Below are positions 21,103 to 30,594 of a DNA stretch of 64,000 nucleotides, one piece after another. The stretch covers positions 1-64,000 of the forward strand of contig CBEVQO010000009.1 of assembly GCA_965552055.1 (NCBI GenBank). The letters run 5' to 3'. The notes below the pieces were generated by a model. It did not search any database and was not told the DNA's origin. It was given only the letters and a program-made list of their open reading frames with translations. Source of the stretch: an uncultured bacterium. GTDB lineage: Bacteria; Hydrothermota; UBA3073; NMUJ01; CBEVQO01. The first letter of the stretch is position 1. Each line of letters starts with the position of its first letter. Made by a program: the position numbers and the translations under genes.

Positions 21103-22025
21103 TTTTTATTCGTAAATTCCCGCCAGAAATTAATAACTCTTTCAAACTTAACTTCCTTCAAAGTATCACAAATAGATAAACTCTCCTCCTTCATCTCGTA
21201 AAGTTCCACTTTTTTCTCCCCAAAAAAACCTCCTTTAACACCATAAATCTCATATTCGCCCTTTTCAAGATTTGAAAATTCAATTACACCACAGGATAAA
21301 CCCGTCCTGTAAGCTTCACCATCCCTTGATAACACCACTATGCTCCCTGAATCGGCATAAACTTTTAAACTTAAACTCGGTTTTTCTTTTTCTCTCGTTA
21401 CAATAAATTCAAATAAATCACTCTTATTGCCGGACAAATCTTTTACCCAGAAAATAACCTGATGATACTCACCGGCATCCGGTCTTACGAACAAATTCAC
21501 ATCACAATTTGAAATTTCACAAAAAGAAGAGCAGGAAGGCAACACAAGGAAAGAATATCCACTTATCTTCTCATTAAAAGAAAAGTGAAACACACTATCC
21601 ACAATAACTTTATTCCATTTTCTCAACTTTGTAAGCAAAACAGGTTTTGAAGTATCTTCCTTTGTACTTCCTTTTATCTTCATCTTTATTTCTTTCATCT
21701 TATTTCCCGCAACATCTTTCACTTCGAAAATTTCTATAGCATAAATCGTGTCTTTCTGGATGGATGTTGAAAGCAAAACAGTTCTTCCATCACTCTGCAA
21801 TATTGCACGGTAAATGTTTAATCCAGATATTTTATAATTTGCCGTATTCTCTGCACTTTCTTTATCAACTTTTTCGGTAAATCTCACCTTTATATGAAAT
21901 TTATCAATTGCTTCCACTTTACCGACTTTTGGAGCCCATCTATCAGGCGAAGGCGGTGGCGCTTTCTTACCGCAGCTCAGGAAAAATAATATTAAGATTG
22001 TTTTCCACCAATTATTGCTCTGCAC
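21099..22025 (-). CDS. Lipoprotein with Ig-like domains
   Basis: Lipobox FLSC followed by GKKAPPPSPD; VKDVAGN and DLSGN motifs; start codon uncertain. Confidence 0.65.
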   Translation of the reverse strand: MQSNNWWKTILILFFLSCGKKAPPPSPDRWAPKVGKVEAIDKFHIKVRFTEKVDKESAENTANYKISGLNIYRAILQSDGRTVLLSTSIQKDTIYAIEIFEVKDVAGNKMKEIKMKIKGSTKEDTSKPVLLTKLRKWNKVIVDSVFHFSFNEKISGYSFLVLPSCSSFCEISNCDVNLFVRPDAGEYHQVIFWVKDLSGNKSDLFEFIVTREKEKPSLSLKVYADSGSIVVLSRDGEAYRTGLSCGVIEFSNLEKGEYEIYGVKGGFFGEKKVELYEMKEESLSICDTLKEVKFERVINFWREFTNKK

Positions 22026-23380
22026 CGCAAATAGGGTCCTCCTGCATCAACTTTAGCTAACTGCATCTTACCGCAATGACCTGAACCAAGGTCAAATTTA
22101 AAATCACGGGAAACTTTATCAACACTCTTCAAAACTTCAAATGCCTGCCCAGAAATCGTAACGCCTTTCAATAATTTCTTCAATTTACCATTTTCTATTT
22201 TGTATGCTTCCTGCACTCCGAACATAAATTCGGCATTCATATCCGCCTGACCACCGAGAGCACCTTTTAAAAAGTAACCTTCTTTAACTTCTTCTATCAT
22301 CTCTTCGAGATCAGCATCACCCGGCTCAATATATGTGTTTCTCATTCTGATTATCGGCATATCCGAATATTCAAAAGCACGGGCATTGCCTGTTGGCTCT
22401 ACACCAAAAATTTCAGCAGTCTCACGATTATGTAAATAAGATTTTAAAATACCCCTATCAATTATTACGACCTTTTGGGCATTCACACCTTCATCATCCA
22501 CATAAATTGTGCCTCCGGCATCCGGATAATCAGGAAGATTACCCGCATCACAAAGGGTTATTAATTCCGATGCTACCTTCTGTCCTATTTTATCTTTTAC
22601 GATTGAGCCAGATAAAACATGGTCAGCTTCCACTGTGTGTCCTATTGCCTCGTGCGCAAGCAAACCCACTATCGCAGGGTCAAGGATACATATAGCCTCT
22701 CCACCTTCAGGATAATCTGCTTTCAAAAGGTCAACTGCTTTTTGCACAACTTCTTCTATCAATTTTTCCTCATCTATTTTACCAAAAAGCTCATACCAAC
22801 CACCCGTTACACCTTTTGAAGTATGGTAAGTTGCCATCTCTCCGTTTGCACAGGCTACAGCAGAGAAATGAAATTCGGGCTTCATATCAAAAAGATGAAC
22901 CTTAACTCCATCGCTCGTCATTATAAATTTTTCATCCACATATTCTCTGTAAAGAACATTCCCGGAAATTATCTTCTTTGACCTTGACCTTATCTTCTCT
23001 TCACATTTCAAAGCAAATTCTATCTTTTCATCAATTGGGTGATTCCTTACACTGTCTGTAATTTTAGCACTATAATCACCTGTAGCAAGATTTTTACTCG
23101 ATAATTTAACCTTATGTTTTTTACTTTCTCTTGATTTCTCTGCTGCTTTTATTGCGTTTTTCAGCGCTTCTTCAAGACCTTTTCTCGTTATATCATTTGT
23201 TGAACTAAAACCAAATACACCATCAACAAGAACTCTTATTCCTACTCCCCTCAATCTCAAAGAATTCGCTTTCTCAACTTTGCCCTTCCTCACCTGGATT
23301 AGTGTCATCTCCCTATCATGATAACGCACCTCTGTCCAATGCTTCGTTTTGTTTATAACATGTTCAAGCAGGTCAAACAT
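21992..23380 (-). CDS. tldD: TldD/PmbA-family metalloprotease
   Basis: HEAIGH..E.D, DDEGV, TGNAR, RMRNT, C-terminal CGK.Q. Confidence 0.9.
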   Translation of the reverse strand: MFDLLEHVINKTKHWTEVRYHDREMTLIQVRKGKVEKANSLRLRGVGIRVLVDGVFGFSSTNDITRKGLEEALKNAIKAAEKSRESKKHKVKLSSKNLATGDYSAKITDSVRNHPIDEKIEFALKCEEKIRSRSKKIISGNVLYREYVDEKFIMTSDGVKVHLFDMKPEFHFSAVACANGEMATYHTSKGVTGGWYELFGKIDEEKLIEEVVQKAVDLLKADYPEGGEAICILDPAIVGLLAHEAIGHTVEADHVLSGSIVKDKIGQKVASELITLCDAGNLPDYPDAGGTIYVDDEGVNAQKVVIIDRGILKSYLHNRETAEIFGVEPTGNARAFEYSDMPIIRMRNTYIEPGDADLEEMIEEVKEGYFLKGALGGQADMNAEFMFGVQEAYKIENGKLKKLLKGVTISGQAFEVLKSVDKVSRDFKFDLGSGHCGKMQLAKVDAGGPYLRCRAIIGGKQS

Positions 23381-23409
23381 TGCTCCCTTCCCTTTAATAA
23401 AAAATTAAG

Positions 23410-23482
23410 TCGGGGCGAGTGGATTTGAACCACCGACCTCCTGGTCCCAAACCAGGCGCGCTAACCACTGCGCTACGCCCCG
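23410..23482 (-). tRNA. tRNA-Pro (anticodon TGG), CCA not encoded
   Basis: Reverse complement CGGGGCGTAGCGCAGTGGTTAGCGCGCCTGGTTTGGGACCAGGAGGTCGGTGGTTCAAATCCACTCGCCCCGA folds as a cloverleaf with T-loop GTTCAAATC. Confidence 0.95.
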
Positions 23483-24042
23483 ACAAGATAGCACTTCAAC
23501 TTATTAAATGCCAAAAATCTATGCGAAATCTTATTCTTTATCTCTATCAATTCCGCTAATGTCTTACCATATTCCGGGACAATGAAAATGGGGTCATAAC
23601 CAAAACCACCTTCGCCACGCTCTTCAAAAGAAATATAGCCCTCAAGTACCCCTTCAAATATCAATGCATCTTTACCAGGAAATTTCAAAGCAGCTACACA
23701 AATAAACCTGGCTCTGCGACGCTCTAAAGGAACTCCTTTTAACATCCTCAAAACTTTCCTCCTGTTATCCTCATAAGTAGCAGAATTACCGGCAAATCGA
23801 GAAGATAATAAACCAGGTGCACCAGAGAGTGCATCAACAAATAATCCAGTATCATCCGCAACAGTAATGCCACCAGTAATCCTGTGTAACGACTCTGCCT
23901 TCAAAATCGCATTCTCCCTCAAACTCAAACCAGTCTCACGAACAGCAGGCATCACACAGGTTAAAACTTCAATCTCCTCGCCCAAAATTTCCTTTATCTC
24001 TTTTATCTTGTCCCTGTTTTTCGACGCAACATAGACTCTCAC
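23473..24042 (-). CDS. rdgB: Non-canonical purine NTP pyrophosphatase (HAM1)
   Basis: ADDTGL, GFGYDPIF, KNKISHR. Confidence 0.93.
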   Translation of the reverse strand: MRVYVASKNRDKIKEIKEILGEEIEVLTCVMPAVRETGLSLRENAILKAESLHRITGGITVADDTGLFVDALSGAPGLLSSRFAGNSATYEDNRRKVLRMLKGVPLERRRARFICVAALKFPGKDALIFEGVLEGYISFEERGEGGFGYDPIFIVPEYGKTLAELIEIKNKISHRFLAFNKLKCYLVGA

Positions 24043-24836
24043 AACTTTATCACAAAAGCATCCTTATAACCAAGCTTCCGTAAAACCTTCAATGCAGAAC
24101 GGGCTTCATCCTCGGATAAACCATATCCCAGACCAACCCTCCACATAACCTTACATTTTAATATTATCGATTTTCCAAATTCGTCAACTAACTTTTTATA
24201 AAAATTTTTCGCCTTATTTTCATCATTAAAAACACCAAGCCTTAAACAATAAAATCCATCAACATAGTCAATATCACTTTTATATCCAAGTTTATCAAGA
24301 ACTATTTTCGCACCCCTTGCTTCATATTCCGAAAAGAAATTACCAAGATATAAAAACCACTTCTTTGATGTTAGCCCTGCATAAACAATATCTCCGAATT
24401 CCTTTTCAAGTTTGCGACAAAACTCATCGGCATTCTGGGGCTCAACAAACGCACCCAGCTGTATTACATAACGCGGAACTTCTTTCTTAACCTCCACAAA
24501 CTTAACGCTTTCTGCTTCAGAGGTCTCAACTTTTGCCGTCTCGTATTCAGTGGTCTCAGGAGAAATTATAAGTGTCTCGATTTTCACAACTTCTTTAGGA
24601 TGTTCCAGCATCTCTAACCTGTCCAGTATTTCTTTAAGACTCATTTTTAAAGTCCTTATGCTCTCCATCAATGCAGAAATCAAAATCGGTGTCGTATCAA
24701 CGGGCATCTCCACACTTTCAATAACAAGAGTGTCCTCTTCAGTAGAAACTTCTATCCCGGGTTGCTCAACATATTCAACTTTTTTAGGACCGCAACTTAA
24801 TGTGACAAAAAGTAAGGCAACTAAAAACTTCCTCAT
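24039..24836 (-). CDS. SPOR-domain lipoprotein
   Basis: Lipobox TLSC; YVIQLGAF...NA; GYKDAFV. Confidence 0.8.
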   Translation of the reverse strand: MRKFLVALLFVTLSCGPKKVEYVEQPGIEVSTEEDTLVIESVEMPVDTTPILISALMESIRTLKMSLKEILDRLEMLEHPKEVVKIETLIISPETTEYETAKVETSEAESVKFVEVKKEVPRYVIQLGAFVEPQNADEFCRKLEKEFGDIVYAGLTSKKWFLYLGNFFSEYEARGAKIVLDKLGYKSDIDYVDGFYCLRLGVFNDENKAKNFYKKLVDEFGKSIILKCKVMWRVGLGYGLSEDEARSALKVLRKLGYKDAFVIKL

Positions 24837-25405
24837 TTTGCTCTCACAATAAATGCATCACGATAACCTATTCTTCTAAGCATTCTCTTTGCCCCTATTG
24901 CTTCCTGCAATGTATAATAATTACCGACAAAAACTTTCCAGAAAGGTGCTACCCATTTCATAGAAACTTCAGCAGCTCCGAACTCCGATTGCGCCCTCCT
25001 GTAACACTTCAATGCATTGTCTTTCCTTATAAATGCTCCTATCTGAACCCTGTATTTCACTCCAGGGGGCTTCGGAGCCCCATATTCATATTCCTCACCA
25101 GGTGAAGGCGCCCGCTCAGGAGGTATTTCTTCAGCAGCTGCAACTTCGGCTTCGGGAACCTCTGGTTTTTCTTCCGCAGGAACTTCTACTTTTTCAACAA
25201 CTTTCACAGTTTCTATCTGCGTCTTAACAATCGTCTCAGGTGGCATAACTTCCGTAACCTGCACCGTCTCAACACTTGCCGGCACACCCGTAATCAGAAC
25301 AGTATCCGCTGCTTTCGCAACGGGCTTCGCACGATAAGCACCCTTGGGCATACAACCAATAACTGCTCCCAGCACAAATATAACTACTGGAAAAATTTTC
25401 CTCAT
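24833..25405 (-). CDS. SPOR-domain lipoprotein (start revised to ATG at 25405)
   Basis: MRKIFPVVIFVLGAVIGC lipobox after SD-like AGGGGG; YRVQIGAF, GYRDAFIV. Confidence 0.8.
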   Translation of the reverse strand: MRKIFPVVIFVLGAVIGCMPKGAYRAKPVAKAADTVLITGVPASVETVQVTEVMPPETIVKTQIETVKVVEKVEVPAEEKPEVPEAEVAAAEEIPPERAPSPGEEYEYGAPKPPGVKYRVQIGAFIRKDNALKCYRRAQSEFGAAEVSMKWVAPFWKVFVGNYYTLQEAIGAKRMLRRIGYRDAFIVRAK

Positions 25406-25415
25406 AACACCCCCT

Positions 25416-26441
25416 TTATAAATACTTCCTGAATTTTTCTTGCTTCGATAATTCAGAAACAATCCTTTTAACTTCCTGGGCTTTGCTCTTATCACAAACA
25501 AGCACAGCATCACCACTCCTTATCACAATCAAATTATTTACACCAAGTGTAGCAATAATCCCGTCAGAAGAATACACTATGGTATCACGGGTATCAAGCA
25601 AAACAGCATCCCCCAGCTTTATATTACCATCCTCATCCTTATCATAAATCCTCTCAAGCGATGTCCAGGAACCTACATCATCCCATGAAAAATCCGCCCT
25701 TATAACCGCAACCCTATCAGACCTCTCCATCACCCCATAATCTATTGATATTTTCGGAAATTTCGGATAAAACTTTATAGGGTCTCCTCCTTTTTTTATC
25801 TCCATCAATCCCGAATATAAATCGGGCAAATATTTCTTTATCTCAGAAAGAATAACCTTAACCTTCCAGACAAACATCCCGCTGTTCCACAGATACTTAC
25901 CGGATTTTAAAAATTCCTGTGCCTGACGAAAATTGGGCTTCTCCTTAAAACTCGCAACTTTATAAGATTTATCAGTCAACTTCTTACCAACTTCAATATA
26001 ACCATAACCTGTTTCTGGACGAGTAGGAACTATGCCAAAAGTCACCAAAAAACCCTTTTCCGCAAGATTTATGGCTTCTTTAACACATGTAAGAAACTTA
26101 TCAACAGTACCAATATAGTGGTCAGAAGGCAAAACAACCATAATATCTTCATCGGAAAGATGCACGGCAGCATAACCAATGGCTGGAGCAGTATTCCTAC
26201 CCTCTGGCTCAAAGATAAAGTTAACACCTGAAACCGCTTTCCTGATGCCCTCTTCCTGTTCCTTTAAAGCAACAATCCAGATTCTCTCTCTTGGAATTAA
26301 TTTCTCAATTCTTTCAACTGTTTCAAGTATCATCGGTTTTTCACTGAAAAGACAGAGAAGTTGCTTCGGATGGTCAATGCGAGACCTCGGCCAGAACCTT
26401 TCCCCCCTACCTCCAGCTATTATAACAGCATGCTCCATCAT
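25416..26441 (-). CDS. manC: Mannose-1-phosphate guanylyltransferase
   Basis: AGGRGERFWPRSR..PKQ, RNTAPA, PSDH, WNSGMF, SIDYGVME, WDDVGSW. Confidence 0.92.
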   Translation of the reverse strand: MMEHAVIIAGGRGERFWPRSRIDHPKQLLCLFSEKPMILETVERIEKLIPRERIWIVALKEQEEGIRKAVSGVNFIFEPEGRNTAPAIGYAAVHLSDEDIMVVLPSDHYIGTVDKFLTCVKEAINLAEKGFLVTFGIVPTRPETGYGYIEVGKKLTDKSYKVASFKEKPNFRQAQEFLKSGKYLWNSGMFVWKVKVILSEIKKYLPDLYSGLMEIKKGGDPIKFYPKFPKISIDYGVMERSDRVAVIRADFSWDDVGSWTSLERIYDKDEDGNIKLGDAVLLDTRDTIVYSSDGIIATLGVNNLIVIRSGDAVLVCDKSKAQEVKRIVSELSKQEKFRKYL

Positions 26442-26479
26442 AAAATTTATCCCAAAATTCCAGATTGTCAATAATTTTT

Positions 26480-26568
26480 TTAAATTATTTTTAGCCCCGC
26501 CTCCCTGTCCCCACCACCCTCCTCACAACCCATATGTAATTAGCTCGCTTACGCTCGCATTAAATTTT
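26480..26568 (+). repeat. Dispersed intergenic repeat, copy 1 (short form)
   Basis: Left motif TTAGCCCCGCCTCCCTGTCCCCACC; right motif GCTCGCTTACGCTCGCATTAAATTTT; homologous copies at 28074, 41021 and 52526(-). Confidence 0.85.
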
Positions 26569-26605
26569 ACCCTTGACATCTTCTTATTTTTATTACAATA
26601 TTACC

Positions 26606-27382
26606 ATGATGCTTGCATATTTAATTTTTGGGCTTTTTAGACCTTTTAATTTCAATGTAGAATATGAATTTTCTGAGACGAGCGCTGTAAAATTTGAGCC
26701 TGTGATTGAGGAGATGATAGTAAAAATGGATTTCGGTAGTATCAACCTTAGCACATGGGAAAAGGATTACATAGAGGGAGAAATAATCAAAGAAGCAGAA
26801 AAAGAAAAAGACTTGAAGAAAATAAAACTCGAGAAAGAAAAAATAGGAAGCAGGGTAAAAATAAAAGTAAAAGGCAAAGGCAGAATCAAAAATGCAAGGG
26901 TAAAGGTAAACCTGAAAATACCGGAAAAACTCAAAAAGATGGAAACATCTATAAATGCTGGAAATCTAAATCTCAATGGTGAAAAATTCACATGCGAGAA
27001 TATGGATGTAAAAATAAACGCAGGAAGTTGTAATTTATCAATCAACAATCTTAAAATTGCAGAATTGGGAGTTAATATAAATGCAGGAAATATGGAAATT
27101 GAGGGTGAAAAATTCTCATTCAACAATATGAACATCGAAATAAATGCAGGAAGCGGTGAATTGCATACAAAAGAAATATCCGGTAAAAATATGGAAATAG
27201 AAGTAAATGCAGGCAATATGGAAATTTATCTACCAGAAGATGAAAATATCGGAATAATTGAGAAAGAAGGCGTGAGCAGGGTCTCATCAGATTTGCCAAT
27301 ATACACAAAAGATGTAGATAAACCTTTCAAAATAAAATTAGAAGTAAATGCAGGAAAAATAGAAATCCATAAGATTGAATGA
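26606..27382 (+). CDS. DUF4097/adhesin-like beta-repeat protein
   Basis: Six (I/V)NAG repeats; hydrophobic N-terminus from ATG 26606. Confidence 0.65.
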   Translation: MMLAYLIFGLFRPFNFNVEYEFSETSAVKFEPVIEEMIVKMDFGSINLSTWEKDYIEGEIIKEAEKEKDLKKIKLEKEKIGSRVKIKVKGKGRIKNARVKVNLKIPEKLKKMETSINAGNLNLNGEKFTCENMDVKINAGSCNLSINNLKIAELGVNINAGNMEIEGEKFSFNNMNIEINAGSGELHTKEISGKNMEIEVNAGNMEIYLPEDENIGIIEKEGVSRVSSDLPIYTKDVDKPFKIKLEVNAGKIEIHKIE

Positions 27383-28088
27383 AAGAAATTAAAAGATTCT
27401 TAAAATTCTTAAAACCTTACTGGAAAAAAGGATTATTAGCTTTTTTCTTAATGCTTATATCCGTATTACTGCAATTGCCAATGCCCTTTCTTACCCGCTA
27501 TATCATAGATAAAGTAATTTTACTTAAATCTTTCAAAATTTTAAACATTATAGGTTTTGTTTTAATAGGAGTTATTTTTCTACAATCTTTCTCTTCATTT
27601 CTGGAAAATTATTTATTAACCACTTTTAGAGCAAGGGTGCTTTTTGATGTCCGTTATAAACTATATGAGCATGTTCAATTGCTTCCTCTCAAATTCTTCC
27701 ATGATAAAGGCACAGGATATCTTATGGCAAGAATATCTGGGGATGTTGACACACTACAGGGCTTACTTGCAGATACTTTCATAGCATCAGTAAGAAATTT
27801 GCTCATATTCAGTGGTAGCATTAAAGAAAATATACGCTTTGGTAAGCCATCTGCAACTGATGAAGAAATTGTTGAAAGTGCTAAAAAATCACACGCTCAT
27901 GATTTTATCATAAAATTACCAAAAGGTTATGACACCGAAATTGGTGAAAGAGGCGTAAAATTATCAGGAGGTGAGCGTCAGATAAAATAATCGTAATAGA
28001 AGGAGGTGAAATCGTCGACATCGGGAAGCATATAGAATTATTAAAAAGATGCAGTGTTTATAAAAACCTTTACTTAAATTATTTTTAG
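27379..28088 (+). pseudogene. ABC exporter (fused TMD-NBD) with two internal deletions
   Basis: TMD start joins directly to [12 protein letters not shown] (Walker A missing). After LSGGERQ the frame shifts to [17 protein letters not shown]...YLNYF* (Walker B and H-loop missing). Confidence 0.85.
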
Positions 28089-28371
28089 CCCCGCCTCCGC
28101 TGTCCCCACCTTCCCATGTGCACACCCCTCCTTTCAGTCGGGGTGTGACAAACTACCCTTATGTAATAAACTCGCTTCGCTCGTATTAAAAAATTTAATA
28201 CAAAAATTAAAAATTTTAATATTAATGTTAAAAAATTTAATAAAAAATTTAAAAATTTTAATAAAGTCGTTAAAAATTTTAACTACATGTACACCCCTTG
28301 CAAGGCACAAGTACTGCCTCGACAACACCTTAGCTCTATAAACGCCCTTCCCGCCTCGCATTAAAAATTTT
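28074..28371 (+). repeat. Dispersed intergenic repeat, copy 2 (long form containing a 21-bp tandem array)
   Basis: TTAAATTATTTTTAGCCCCGCCTCC identical to copy 1; right motifs at 28171-28196 and 28351-28371. Confidence 0.85.
28186..28290. repeat. Five 21-bp tandem units with quasi-palindromic core TTAAAAA(A/T)TTTAA
   Basis: Units start at 28186, 28207, 28228, 28249, 28270. Confidence 0.8.
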
Positions 28372-28404
28372 CTCTTGACATTTTTCATTATTGATTATAT
28401 AATT

Positions 28405-29418
28405 ATGATGCAAACTCTAGGGTATAAAATGGCAAAAGAAGGAAAAACTCCTTTTGTGAAAATTGATCCGGGAAGAAATAATAAGATTATAATCAGAATT
28501 CCATACAATCAGGATTTGATAAATAAGGTAAAATCTATACCCAGAAGGGAGTGGAACCCACAGGGGAAATATTGGGAAGTTCCTTACAGTGAAGATTTAA
28601 TAACAAAATTAAAGTCTCTTTTTGGAGAAAATCTTGTCGTTGATCCTTACTTTTATCTTATCCCACTCCAGAAGGAACTTTCCATAAGAAAATATTCAAG
28701 GAGGACAATCAAGTCATACATAAGAATTAACAGAGATTTTCTTTTATTCTCTGGAAAGAGACCAGAGGAGATAGAAAATAAAGATGTTAAGGAATATCTT
28801 TATTATGCGGTAAATCAGAAGAAAGTTGCTGCATCTACTTTGAATGTTATTATAAATGCTTTGAGATTTTATTACGGAGAGATCTTGAAGAAGAGATTCG
28901 CTTACGAGATAAAGAGACCGAAGAAGGACAAGAAGCTTCCTATTGTTCTGAGCCAGGAGGAGGTTTCAAGGATTCTATCTTCCGTTACAAATCTTAAGCA
29001 CAGGCTGATTTTGATGCTCATGTATTCTGCCGGCTTGAGAGTTGGAGAGGTTGTAAAGCTTAAAATCGAAGACATCGATGTGAAGAGAAGGTTGATCAGA
29101 GTAAGGGGTGGAAAGGGAAGGAAGGATCGCTATACGATACTCTCTGAAGTTGCGCTGAAAACTTTTAAAGAATACGCTGAGATCTTTGAGCGAGCAAGGA
29201 ATAAAGCTGGAATAAAGAAGGATGCTACAGTTCACTCTTTGCGCCATTCATTTGCTACTCATTTGCTCGAAAATGGAGTGGATTTGAGATGTATTCAGGA
29301 ATTACTGGGACATAAACATTCTAAAACGACAGAGATTTATACTCACGTGAGCACTAAGAATTTGAGTAAGATTAGAAGTCCGCTGGACATGCTGGGAGGT
29401 GAGAAGCATTCAGAATGA
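28405..29418 (+). CDS. intI: Integron-type tyrosine recombinase, probably carrying an internal in-frame deletion
   Basis: SAM-like domain YSRRTIKSY; catalytic GLRVGE, GGKGRKDR, HSLRHSFATHLL, LLGH, TTEIYTHV; immediately followed by attI/attC array; start could be 28429. Confidence 0.8.
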   Translation: MMQTLGYKMAKEGKTPFVKIDPGRNNKIIIRIPYNQDLINKVKSIPRREWNPQGKYWEVPYSEDLITKLKSLFGENLVVDPYFYLIPLQKELSIRKYSRRTIKSYIRINRDFLLFSGKRPEEIENKDVKEYLYYAVNQKKVAASTLNVIINALRFYYGEILKKRFAYEIKRPKKDKKLPIVLSQEEVSRILSSVTNLKHRLILMLMYSAGLRVGEVVKLKIEDIDVKRRLIRVRGGKGRKDRYTILSEVALKTFKEYAEIFERARNKAGIKKDATVHSLRHSFATHLLENGVDLRCIQELLGHKHSKTTEIYTHVSTKNLSKIRSPLDMLGGEKHSE

Positions 29419-29420
29419 GT

Positions 29421-29488
29421 GTATACGCAATGCAGATATGACTCTAATTTGGAATGATATACGCAATGCGTATATGAACGAGTTAGGC
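29421..29488 (+). other. Putative attI recombination site
   Basis: Direct repeats TATACGCAATGC at 29422 and 29458; palindrome ATATACGCA-A-TGCGTATAT; core GTTAGGC at 29482-29488. Confidence 0.7.
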
Positions 29489-29517
29489 GACATATCCCGC
29501 AAACCGTATAAGGAGGT

Positions 29518-30594
29518 GTGAAAATGAACGAAGAATATGTACAAGAGATAGATGAATTGATAAATATGGTTCCTAAAGATATTGTTAATTTTGCTTTAAA
29601 AAGGAAAAGAGGAAATGTTCCTACACAAGCATTTTCTGAATTTCTTACAAATAGAGAACAAGGTGACTGGGCAGAAGATTTAATTTTTAGAGCCATAAAT
29701 GAAATTGAAAACGGAATTGTTGCCGTGAGATATGGAAAATCCGACCAAATTGTAGCAGGAGAGCCAGGATTTAAAGAATTCTATGAAAAATATCAAGATG
29801 AACTGGACACTATAGGTAAGCGACCTGATTTGCTTATTTTTAGAAAAAATGATTTTAAATTTTCCACCTTTGATATTAGCCACTTTGACGACAATGAATT
29901 AAAACAGGTTGTACCGAAAGCAATTGCTGGATTAGAAATAAGATCGAGTTCATTTCTCGTTCACAAATACACGGAATTTTCTATAAAAAGAAGAGAGGAT
30001 ATAATAAATCAAATAGATGAAATAGTAAACAACCTTAAAACTCAATCCTCTGTTCTACCCAGTAGTTGGAAGATATGGCTATCAAATGTTAATCCAGAAA
30101 ATGAGGCAACACTATTTTCGATACCGAGAGCAAGTGTAAAATTAGAATCATTAAAGAGCGCAATCCAGCAACTTCGAGCATTGATTAATTCTTTAAAAAA
30201 GAGAGATTTTCTCAGTTTTACTCCAAAAGCTGAAGATATTTATGTAATCTACAAGTGGATCAAAACTTTTGGTGTTCCCCATTATTATGTGCAAGTATTT
30301 TTCGATCAAGTTTACGCGATCCCTTTTAAGAAGATTTTAGAAATCATATCTGATTCATCTAATGAAGGTAAAATATTCTTCGTTGAAAAGAATACAAAAA
30401 ATCAATTCAAAACGACAATACATATAGATATAAATCAAGGAGTATTATTGGCTGAAAAAATAGATTTTCCTGATCACAGAAGTGAATATAAAGAGCTTGG
30501 AAGGGGAAGATTACTATTTTACGTTACCTTCAGAGGAGGGAAGGCATACTTGGATGTTAATAGATTCTATAAAATGATAGGTCTTCAACACTAA
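29518..30594 (+). CDS. AccI-family type II restriction endonuclease (cassette 1)
   Basis: FLTNREQGDWAE, KRPDLL, LEIRSS (PD...ExR nuclease core); coupled to an N6-adenine MTase. Confidence 0.78.
   Translation: MKMNEEYVQEIDELINMVPKDIVNFALKRKRGNVPTQAFSEFLTNREQGDWAEDLIFRAINEIENGIVAVRYGKSDQIVAGEPGFKEFYEKYQDELDTIGKRPDLLIFRKNDFKFSTFDISHFDDNELKQVVPKAIAGLEIRSSSFLVHKYTEFSIKRREDIINQIDEIVNNLKTQSSVLPSSWKIWLSNVNPENEATLFSIPRASVKLESLKSAIQQLRALINSLKKRDFLSFTPKAEDIYVIYKWIKTFGVPHYYVQVFFDQVYAIPFKKILEIISDSSNEGKIFFVEKNTKNQFKTTIHIDINQGVLLAEKIDFPDHRSEYKELGRGRLLFYVTFRGGKAYLDVNRFYKMIGLQH

Noticed and set aside
23410..23482. tRNA-Pro as the integration site of the accessory island
   Set aside because: I saw no duplicated tRNA 3' end in the window and the flanks are housekeeping genes.
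28186..28290. Possible CRISPR array (palindromic repeat with variable spacers)
   Set aside because: 13-bp repeats and 8-bp spacers are far too short, and there are no cas genes in the window.
28134..28388. 84-aa minus-strand ORF with KIFN/KFFN repeats
   Set aside because: It is a translation of the AT-rich 21-bp array and dispersed repeat, with no convincing SD or coding signature.
29421..29426. AccI site GTATAC inside the attI repeat, suggesting methylation control of recombination
   Set aside because: Enzyme specificity is only inferred and a single degenerate 6-mer is expected by chance.
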